A DNA stretch of 24,608 nucleotides from a virus (lineage: Duplodnaviria > Caudoviricetes): IMG/VR virus record IMGVR_UViG_3300032239_000183, positions 1-24,608 of that record; one strand, 5' to 3'. Shown here piece after piece: positions 18,281 to 24,608 of this stretch; the first letter of the stretch is position 1, and each line of letters begins with the position of its first letter. The notes beneath the pieces are model-generated. The model was not told where the DNA came from, ran no database searches, and saw only the letters and a list, made by a program, of their open reading frames with translations. Made by a program: the position numbers and the translations under genes.

Positions 18281-18682
18281 TTAAACGCGCTCAGTGGCTT
18301 TACGTACTGTAATAGCCATCTCACGCATGGCATTCACTCCGGGCGGTAGACCATCGTCCTTATGCTCAGACATGAATTCTTTGAAGTTCTTTTGATGGAT
18401 GCGACGCTCGAACAAATCGACTGCACCATGCGCAAGAACAAATTCTTTGAAGTTGTCCCAATCGGTACAGAAGAAGCGCTCTTTGACTGAACGCATGACT
18501 GTGCCATGTTGGGTGCGGATGCTGTCCGCATTGACTTCACTACAAGCTTGTAGCATTACTTTTTCTAAACCTTCCATGTCGCCCTTGAGGGCTTCATCTT
18601 GTTGTTCAAATAACGCTTTGAGTTTTTCACGTTCATTGCGAATTGTCAAGTATGCTTTTACTAATTCTTCCATGTTAACCAT
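18281..18682 (-). CDS. Conserved phage coiled-coil protein, Gam/Gp157-like architecture (133 aa)
   Basis: GGAG RBS within the helicase 3' end. N-terminal coiled coil, then SIRT.HGT, DWDNF..F and LPPGV motifs. Function uncertain. Confidence 0.6.
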   Translation of the reverse strand: MVNMEELVKAYLTIRNEREKLKALFEQQDEALKGDMEGLEKVMLQACSEVNADSIRTQHGTVMRSVKERFFCTDWDNFKEFVLAHGAVDLFERRIHQKNFKEFMSEHKDDGLPPGVNAMREMAITVRKATERV

Positions 18683-20252
18683 TGTCTTCAATCTCCAATT
18701 CAAATTTATACAGATCAACTAATTTGTCGTGCAAGTCCACCTTGTTCTGCAACATCTCAAAAACTTTGCGCTCAACTTCTGAGCCTTGAAGATGGACGAC
18801 CGTCATTTTATTTTGTTGACCAAAACGATCCATGCGTGCGATGCACTGTAAGTATGTTTCCACTGACATAACGGGCGACCAAAATACAACTGTATTAGCC
18901 GCAGTGAGTGTTACGCCATGTGATGCCGCTTGTGGTTGGATGATTAACACACGCGGGTCTGTTGCGGTTTGAAACCTATTAAAGATTTCACTGCGCTCTC
19001 GCGCTGATACGCTTCCTGAAATGATCTCGTTGGTATATCCCTCCTGAGTTAAAAAATTACTGACGACTTCAATCGTGTGTCTATACGGCACAAACACGAT
19101 CACTTTATGCTCTGTCTCTTCTAGGACTTCTCTCAATGCTTGCTTGCGCGGTGAGATATCAAACTCAACAACCTCACCACTGTCGGTGTAGACTGCGCCA
19201 CCCGAGATCTGCAATAGCTTCGTAAGGCTTGCCGCGGCATTGACAGTACTGATCTGCTCGCCTGCCGCTTTGATTAGCATGTCCTTCTTCAAGTCACGAT
19301 AAAACTTTTGCGCTTGGGGTGTGAGAGGGACTTCCCTAATTTGGTAAACAACATCGGGCAAGTCAAGGCACTGCGCTTTCTCAAAGCGAATAGCTGGTTG
19401 AAGCGCATTGAAAACTGCGTCGCGTGCAGTACTCTTTGGCAACCACTTGAACCGAGTCACTTGTTGCATCACCTTGTCGCGCCATGCCGTTACGAATTTA
19501 GGTACACCGCTTGGATTGACCAGTCGGGCTAAACCAAATGCGTCAAGCGGAGACTGTGAAGCAGGCGTGCCTGTCATCATCCATAGGTATGTATCCATCT
19601 TTAGGATGCGAGCAAGGATCTTCCAGCGTTGTGTCGACGTTGTTTTGTATGCGTTGGCTTCATCAATGATGATGAGATCAAAGTTACCCTCTGAGATTTC
19701 TTTCTGCACCACGCCCACGCCATCGTAGTTAATTACAACGAAGTCGTAGCCACCCTCAATAACCTTTTTGCGTTTGCTTGCAGAGCCATGCGCTACGCCA
19801 CATGTGCGGTGCATTGCTGTCTTGAACAGATCAGCTTGCCATGCAGAAAACATAATGGAAAGGGGGCAGATCACCAGCACTCTGCGGATGATGCCTTTGT
19901 TCATTAGGTAGTCAGCCGCCCATATCGCGGCAGATGTTTTGCCTGTGCCTGCTTCGTTGAAACAGAATGCGCGTCTGCGCAGGGAGAGAAACTCTGATGT
20001 TTCTTTTTGATGAACAAAAGGCTGGAACAATCCGGGCCAGTTGTATTCTTTGAGTATCGGTGAGGGAACTTTTACATCACGGGGCACGAGGGTAGCAAGG
20101 CGCTCCATCTCGGGCAGTCCCCAGTTAACTAACACTTCAGACAATCCTGATTCAGTGTTTAGAATCTCACTCTTCTCGATACATTTGCAGATGAACTCGG
20201 CCTCTTCAGTCGGGGCTTTGAATTGCACTGCACTATCTAAAACTATCTGCAT
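18675..20252 (-). CDS. SNF2-like superfamily 2 helicase (525 aa)
   Basis: Motif I NEAGTGKT, Ia LVICPLS, II IIIDEAN, III MTGTP, V HGVTLTAA, VI QCIARMDRFGQ. AAGGA RBS. Confidence 0.9.
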   Translation of the reverse strand: MQIVLDSAVQFKAPTEEAEFICKCIEKSEILNTESGLSEVLVNWGLPEMERLATLVPRDVKVPSPILKEYNWPGLFQPFVHQKETSEFLSLRRRAFCFNEAGTGKTSAAIWAADYLMNKGIIRRVLVICPLSIMFSAWQADLFKTAMHRTCGVAHGSASKRKKVIEGGYDFVVINYDGVGVVQKEISEGNFDLIIIDEANAYKTTSTQRWKILARILKMDTYLWMMTGTPASQSPLDAFGLARLVNPSGVPKFVTAWRDKVMQQVTRFKWLPKSTARDAVFNALQPAIRFEKAQCLDLPDVVYQIREVPLTPQAQKFYRDLKKDMLIKAAGEQISTVNAAASLTKLLQISGGAVYTDSGEVVEFDISPRKQALREVLEETEHKVIVFVPYRHTIEVVSNFLTQEGYTNEIISGSVSARERSEIFNRFQTATDPRVLIIQPQAASHGVTLTAANTVVFWSPVMSVETYLQCIARMDRFGQQNKMTVVHLQGSEVERKVFEMLQNKVDLHDKLVDLYKFELEIEDNG

Positions 20253-20399
20253 ACTGTCCTTAAACTAAATTGTTGGTGTCAAGCCTGACGCACCTGAAAG
20301 TCTGCGGGGAGTCCGCGATGCCGCTTGACTGACGAAGTTAATGGGGTGAAACACTCAACGACAAACCCCCCTGTGACTCACCCTCGCCTTACAGTCACA
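20253..20399 (-). promoter_or_regulatory. Putative structured 5' leader or ncRNA upstream of the helicase
   Basis: Largest non-coding gap in the window. Inverted repeats 20372-20378/20393-20399 and 20278-20284/20323-20329, the latter with nested inner stems. Confidence 0.45.
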
Positions 20400-20404
20400 C
20401 ACCA

Positions 20405-20432
20405 AGTATATGGGTGTTAATTCATTTGTCAA
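20405..20432 (-). promoter_or_regulatory. Sigma70-like promoter
   Basis: TTGACA (20432-20427), 16-nt spacer, TATACT (20410-20405). Confidence 0.65.
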
Positions 20433-20743
20433 GTTCTCTTTCGTTCTTTTTTGCTAATTTCTGATACGAGGTTTCCCTTAGAGTCACGACGGAACGAACG
20501 ATTCTGTGCCGCGCTTTGAATGCGCAATCCATCTTTGTTTGAACCGCCTTTATCTAACGCTTTAACGTGCGCAACATCTTTGCCTTCACGCTTGTCAGCT
20601 TTACCATCGTGATCACCATCAACGCCTGTCTTGTCGATTAAACGACGACCACGTTGCCGTTCCATGCGACGCTCATGTTCACCACGAGCAAGTTGTTGCT
20701 GATATTCTTTTTTGTAGGGTCTAGGCTTGTTGACGTATGCCAT
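20429..20743 (-). CDS. HNH-like endonuclease (104 aa)
   Basis: DVAHVKALDKGGSN...QNRS resembles the HNH (H-N-N) core. Basic protein. AAAGGA RBS. Confidence 0.7.
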   Translation of the reverse strand: MAYVNKPRPYKKEYQQQLARGEHERRMERQRGRRLIDKTGVDGDHDGKADKREGKDVAHVKALDKGGSNKDGLRIQSAAQNRSFRRDSKGNLVSEISKKERKRT

Positions 20744-20918
20744 ATGTATCCTTTAATGCTCTGTCAAGTTCTTTGGGGTATTCGACCTCTGCTATTTCGA
20801 CAGTACACAGGCGTGTATCAACAGGCTCTAGTCCTCTTCGCATAACTGTGTACCCATCATTCTCTTTGTGTCGATAGAGAAAGCCATCCTTAATATAGTA
20901 CCAAGTTTCGCTAGCCAT
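20721..20918 (-). CDS. Hypothetical protein (65 aa)
   Basis: MASETWYY start is coupled to the nuclease stop (TGATG) with AAGGGG upstream. Fills the gap between nuclease and HNH genes. Confidence 0.65.
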   Translation of the reverse strand: MASETWYYIKDGFLYRHKENDGYTVMRRGLEPVDTRLCTVEIAEVEYPKELDRALKDTYGIRQQA

Positions 20919-21577
20919 CACTTCCCCTTGTAATGATTGCAAGCAGTCACCGGACACCAACCGCAAAGTGGTGTAGGGTTCTCTTGCCACACGCCATTCT
21001 CATACGAGAGTTGCAAGCGAGCTAGTGAAGGCGCAAAGTCATCCCAGTACTTGTCAATTTTCTCACGTCGGTATTCAGAAGTCACGAAATCGTTATGAGC
21101 AACGAACAGTAGTCCAGCCTTGAAGTGTGTGACCTCGGGGAAGTATTCAAACCCCATCAACGCCATGAGTTGAAGTTGTTTGGGATCAGGGTAACGATTG
21201 CTTCCGGTCTTGTAGTCGACGATGTAACCTTGGTCACCATCGACCACCATCAGATCAGCAATGCCACGCACCCAGTAGTCCTTTGCGCCAAAGGTACAGG
21301 GTTGTCTGTTTATGGTTAGCGCCATGCGGTACTCAGGGTACTTGATGCCTTCCATGTCACGCAGAGGATCTAGCTGTTTGGCAAAGTGTTCGTAGTTCTT
21401 AGCTAGGGGTTTACCCTCCTTCACATAGTCTTCTAACGCACTATGGACTTGAGTCCCATAACGCATCTCGACTGTGGCTTTCTTCTCGTAACGCTTGAGG
21501 ACTTTAACCTCGTTGTATTGCCGTGGGCAGTTAACAAAGTCTTTGAGACCTGAATAAGACCATTTAATTTCTTGCAT
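20918..21577 (-). CDS. Cas4/RecB-like PD-(D/E)XK exonuclease (219 aa)
   Basis: WSYS...F..CP, RGIAD, VDYKTG, QLQLM, and C-terminal CGWCPVTAC (1+3 Cys layout). Confidence 0.88.
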   Translation of the reverse strand: MQEIKWSYSGLKDFVNCPRQYNEVKVLKRYEKKATVEMRYGTQVHSALEDYVKEGKPLAKNYEHFAKQLDPLRDMEGIKYPEYRMALTINRQPCTFGAKDYWVRGIADLMVVDGDQGYIVDYKTGSNRYPDPKQLQLMALMGFEYFPEVTHFKAGLLFVAHNDFVTSEYRREKIDKYWDDFAPSLARLQLSYENGVWQENPTPLCGWCPVTACNHYKGK

Positions 21578-21613
21578 ACTGAATCCTTACTAAAGTTTTT
21601 AGAGAGCTAAATA

Positions 21614-23512
21614 TTAGCAGTCTCCGTACCTTTCTGCAAATTCAGCTTCACACGCGACAGGCAGCCCACTCGCCCACGTTGGAGGCGTAGACATGAGACC
21701 AGTTATTATCCCTACCGCTTTCTCTGCCTCGTCTTCCGGCACGACAACAACTGCCGCGTCATGCACAGTCAGCACAACCTGATAGTGCTTGTTTATCTGA
21801 ACCATCTGCTCGCCCACGATGATCCTTGCTAGGGCTTGCACCACGTTCTCTACAAACGTGCCACCCCAAATAGATACAGAACCCTTGCGAGAGTCATAGA
21901 CAGTCCGGCTCTTAGTTATGTCAGCTTCATCCTCCACCTCGGACACAATAGTCTCATCTTCCTTACGTAGATTCTTATAGCGGATACCTAAACCATTGGG
22001 TAGCGTAATGCCCTCAGCATCTACCAAGACGCACTTATGTTCACCAAAGTACAGGCTCGTATCTTTCTTAAAGGTTTTGGCAATCATCTTATTAAGAACT
22101 GTGTCGCCTTCCTTCCACAAGTTCTTGATGTCCGGATAAGTTTCGCGGTACACGTCAATAATGGTTGAACCCTCTGACTCGGTAAGGGTGCGCCCCATAC
22201 CTTTGAGTTGCATCACAAACTTCTTACCACCCATACCATACCCTGCGCCAAGAATCGTAGTCTTGCCCACGAACCTCTCATCCTTGCTTATCTCTTCTAT
22301 GGGTTTCTTATAGATCTTTGATGCCATGATCTTGTACACGTCTTCTTTATCTGCAAACGCTTTTACTAGATCAGTCTGTCCTGATAGCCAAGCCAGCACC
22401 CTAGCCTCAATCTGAGAAGAGTCACAGTTGATAACGACGTAACCTTCTGGCGCTCTTACCGCACGTTTAAGGGCTTTCTTCTTGGGGTCACGGCTAGGTA
22501 GATTCTGAAAGTTAACCTTGTCGTAGCCTGCCCACCGCCCTGTATGCGCACCATAGTACTTTAGAGGTATAGGCAATGCGCCCCTGTTGCGGATGCCAAT
22601 GTCAATGAACCGCTGAATGCGTGACTCCTCGATCGTTGACTTAGTGCCAAGGCGCACAGCACAGAGGTGCTGAATGAATGTGTCCTCATGCTCGATCAAC
22701 TCAATGAACTCGGGGTCACCCTTGGCAAGGGCTAGCGTGGGCTTTCCGGTTGTCTTGCTAGTCTTCATCTTAGGCTCGACACCAAACGACCGCAGTACAT
22801 CAGCAAACTGTTTACCGCTAGACAGTTTCTTGCGCACCGCTTCCTCATCCTCGCACTTCATGCTCTCCTTGAGAGATGCCAGCAGTTCGTTCTTTTCTCT
22901 CTTCAATAACTCTAACCGCTCATGCAGTAGAGGCTCATCAAGAATGAGCTTGGGATGTGTGAACATCCGTATTGTCATATCTATCAGTTGTAACTCACTC
23001 GCGGGGAATTTAGTTGCAAGCCTTGCGAAAAGGTCAAAGGTCAACTGCACGTCGTTCTTGCAGTACTCACCATATTGCGCCAAGTCCTCGGGTGTAAAGT
23101 CAATCAGGTACTTGCCGATCGCATCAACAACCTCAGTACCCTTCTTACCTATCTCATACCTCTCAGCCAAAGCCGCAAGAGAACCGCCGGCCTCTACGCC
23201 ATGAACCGCCCTTGCCATGCACAAGGTATCAAGGTAGAACTTAGGCGAGATACCAAAGAACCATTTAAGAATCGCACCATCAAACATTGTGTTGTGACAG
23301 AGCAGGGTACTGTTGCGCCAATCAAAGGACAGTAGTGTCTTACGCAATGCCTCTCGGTTGCCTGAGTACCACACGGGCTTGCCATCATCAACTTTAACGG
23401 CAACGCCAATCACCTCGAACTCATTCGAGCGGATGTATTCTTCTGTAGGGAATCGGGTCAGACTGAAAGACTTTGAGTAAAACGTCTCGAAGTCAAGGGT
23501 AATTAGGGACAA
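21614..23512 (-). CDS. polA: Family A DNA polymerase with 3'-5' exonuclease (632 aa)
   Basis: ExoI LDFET, ExoII HNTMFD, ExoIII YCKND. Motif A DSSQIEARV, motif B RFVGKTTILGAGYG, motif C VHDA. TTG start at 23512 lies 6 nt after a GGAG RBS. Confidence 0.93.
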   Translation of the reverse strand: MSLITLDFETFYSKSFSLTRFPTEEYIRSNEFEVIGVAVKVDDGKPVWYSGNREALRKTLLSFDWRNSTLLCHNTMFDGAILKWFFGISPKFYLDTLCMARAVHGVEAGGSLAALAERYEIGKKGTEVVDAIGKYLIDFTPEDLAQYGEYCKNDVQLTFDLFARLATKFPASELQLIDMTIRMFTHPKLILDEPLLHERLELLKREKNELLASLKESMKCEDEEAVRKKLSSGKQFADVLRSFGVEPKMKTSKTTGKPTLALAKGDPEFIELIEHEDTFIQHLCAVRLGTKSTIEESRIQRFIDIGIRNRGALPIPLKYYGAHTGRWAGYDKVNFQNLPSRDPKKKALKRAVRAPEGYVVINCDSSQIEARVLAWLSGQTDLVKAFADKEDVYKIMASKIYKKPIEEISKDERFVGKTTILGAGYGMGGKKFVMQLKGMGRTLTESEGSTIIDVYRETYPDIKNLWKEGDTVLNKMIAKTFKKDTSLYFGEHKCVLVDAEGITLPNGLGIRYKNLRKEDETIVSEVEDEADITKSRTVYDSRKGSVSIWGGTFVENVVQALARIIVGEQMVQINKHYQVVLTVHDAAVVVVPEDEAEKAVGIITGLMSTPPTWASGLPVACEAEFAERYGDC

Positions 23513-23522
23513 AGCGAACTCC

Positions 23523-23548
23523 AAAAAAAGCAGGGGCTAGCCCCTGCT
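23523..23548 (-). terminator. Rho-independent terminator after the DUF3310 gene
   Basis: Perfect 20-bp palindrome AGCAGGGGCTAGCCCCTGCT (23529-23548) running into a T7 tract on the minus strand. Confidence 0.8.
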
Positions 23549-23565
23549 GTGTGTGAAAGGATGAA

Positions 23566-24063
23566 TTAAATGTAAGCGGATTGCAGTTTAGTTGCGTACC
23601 AAACCATCTTGTCCACGTCCTTGCCTGCATCATCTTTGTGGCCTGCTCGCGTCAAGTACTTAACGACGTTACCCTTAAGATACCCACGGAACTCATCGGG
23701 TGTCAGCTTGGCTTTGATTATGTCGATCGTCTCAATGCCACCGATCTTGTAGTGCGGGGGCTGATTAACATCATCAATGGATCTCTGCATGCGCACCTTG
23801 GGCTTTGTCGCATTAAACACAAGACGACTCATCTGCTCGTCAGTCAGGTTGGTCTTGTCGTCTTTGCCCATCATTACACCTTGCACTTTAACTAATGGAT
23901 CAGGTGTAGCTGATGCCTTAAGTTTCTTGCGTTCTTGATGCATTGCGGAATACACATACTGGATAGTTGTACCAAGTGCTTCTGCGACTGCCTTTGCTTT
24001 CGCATCGGGGTGATCCTTGATGTAGTTACGGATCTTTTGTACTTTGCTAAGTTTTTTAGCCAT
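23566..24063 (-). CDS. DUF3310 (SaV / T7 gp1.7-like) domain protein with N-terminal HTH-like region (165 aa)
   Basis: C-terminal VNQPPHY..GGIETID.I...GYLKGNVVKYL.RAG.K...D..K..WY. N-terminal KIRNYIKDHPDAKAKAVAEALG..IQYVY. GGAG RBS. Confidence 0.82.
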   Translation of the reverse strand: MAKKLSKVQKIRNYIKDHPDAKAKAVAEALGTTIQYVYSAMHQERKKLKASATPDPLVKVQGVMMGKDDKTNLTDEQMSRLVFNATKPKVRMQRSIDDVNQPPHYKIGGIETIDIIKAKLTPDEFRGYLKGNVVKYLTRAGHKDDAGKDVDKMVWYATKLQSAYI

Positions 24064-24096
24064 TTGTCTTTCTCCAAAAATTTAAAAGGGATTGCT

Positions 24097-24124
24097 ATGA
24101 TGAGGGTTAAAATTTATTTGTCAA
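24097..24124 (-). promoter_or_regulatory. Possible sigma70-like promoter
   Basis: TTGACA (24124-24119), 16-nt spacer, weak -10 CATCAT. Similar in sequence to the promoter at 20405-20432. Confidence 0.45.
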
Positions 24125-24303
24125 GTGGGTTTGTCCTCCTTTTTGAAAATATTTTTATAGTATGTTTTAGGAAACGGATCTTTCTTATCCAATAAGTTTC
24201 TTAACCATTCAGCACCACCAAGGTGATTAAAAATATAGAACTGTCTATCGGACATTCGTACTTGTCTACCTATGATTGGCTCGGGCGGTTTAGGTCTTGG
24301 CAT
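24121..24303 (-). CDS. Small putative ribbon-helix-helix-like DNA-binding protein (60 aa)
   Basis: MPRPKP...RQVRMSD....F..LGGAEWLR pattern. TAATG coupling with the upstream gene. Confidence 0.7.
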   Translation of the reverse strand: MPRPKPPEPIIGRQVRMSDRQFYIFNHLGGAEWLRNLLDKKDPFPKTYYKNIFKKEDKPT

Positions 24304-24494
24304 TATCGTTTCATTCCTCTTATGTATACTGCAAAGCTTGAGATAGTGTCCTGCCCAAAGGCTTTCATCTTCTCAATCTCTTTAGCTACTTCTTCTAGCG
24401 TGTCATTGCGTATCTTCTCGTATACCTCATTGACTTGACGCTTGCGCCAACCTGATGAGGCTACGTAATCCTGAATGTCATCGTCATCATCCAT
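24303..24494 (-). CDS. Hypothetical phage protein (63 aa)
   Basis: AAGGAG RBS 7 nt before MDDDDDIQDYV. Contains RNDTLEEVAKEIEKMKAFG.DT..SF..YIR. Confidence 0.75.
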   Translation of the reverse strand: MDDDDDIQDYVASSGWRKRQVNEVYEKIRNDTLEEVAKEIEKMKAFGQDTISSFAVYIRGMKR

Positions 24495-24608
24495 AGTTTT
24501 TCTCCTTAAGTTTGGCTTCAATAGCATCTGCAAACTTCACCCAAAATGGTTTGCCGCCCACAATCTGTTTTACTTGGTCGTAAACAAAAGATTGCTCCTC
24601 ATCCGTCA
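24487..24608 (-). CDS. 3' end of a hypothetical phage protein (5'-partial; absent from the ORF track)
   Basis: Reads ...TDEEQSFVYDQVKQIVGGKPFWVKFADAIEAKLKEKNYG*. The TDEE...FA.AIEAKLKEKN ending is a recurrent small phage protein motif. Overlaps the next start by 8 nt. Confidence 0.7.
   Translation of the reverse strand, partial: TDEEQSFVYDQVKQIVGGKPFWVKFADAIEAKLKEKNYG

Noticed and set aside
18263-18285. Two 10-bp AT-rich palindromes (GTTTTAAAAC, TTTAATTAAA) upstream of the putative SSB gene
   Set aside because: Short, low-complexity, and no second copy noticed, so chance cannot be excluded.
20329-20352. Hammerhead-like core on the + strand (CTGACGA...GAAA)
   Set aside because: The segment between the motifs (AGTTAATGGGGT) cannot form stem II, and I found no convincing stem III with an NUH site.
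20918-21577. CRISPR-Cas system suggested by the Cas4-like gene
   Set aside because: No repeat-spacer array or other cas genes; the context is a replication module.
22674-23204. 176-aa antisense ORF inside polA, and similar antisense ORFs in the track
   Set aside because: Ser-rich shadow of the coding strand with no RBS or recognisable motif.
307-24533. Longer starts given by the ORF track (307, 1565, 17087, 17446, 18718, 20990, 23524, 24533)
   Set aside because: Downstream starts fit RBS position or stop-start coupling better. The primase start at 17039 lacks an RBS and was chosen as the first ATG beyond the hairpin.

Overview
This window is a fragment of a tailed dsDNA phage genome (Caudoviricetes, podovirus-like architecture) with two convergent modules. 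The + strand (1-13952) carries the end of the virion block: a partial small conserved gene, three Gly/Ala/Gln-rich putative internal-virion (ejection) proteins, and a 2440-aa large polyvalent protein with an HExxH metallopeptidase motif and an LPD38-like C-terminus. The - strand (13949-24608) is a replication module: small early genes, HTH-DUF3310, family A DNA polymerase (Leu762 type), Cas4-like PD-(D/E)XK nuclease, HNH-like protein, SNF2-like helicase, a coiled-coil protein, a putative SSB, a Cro-like HTH and an AEP primase-DUF927 helicase. Best unexplained signals: (1) a 57-aa gene with its own AGGAG RBS nested in the +1 frame of the giant gene (7999-8172), missed by the ORF track; (2) a tape-measure-like FAxGG...GEFV module with recurring xxGG motifs in the ejection proteins, possibly a processing system; (3) a promoter-driven structured ~145-nt leader before the SNF2 helicase; (4) a repeated promoter motif and CTAG-loop hairpins before both replication enzymes. 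I saw no tRNA, rRNA, CRISPR array or integrase. Family calls come from motif recognition by eye, not database searches.
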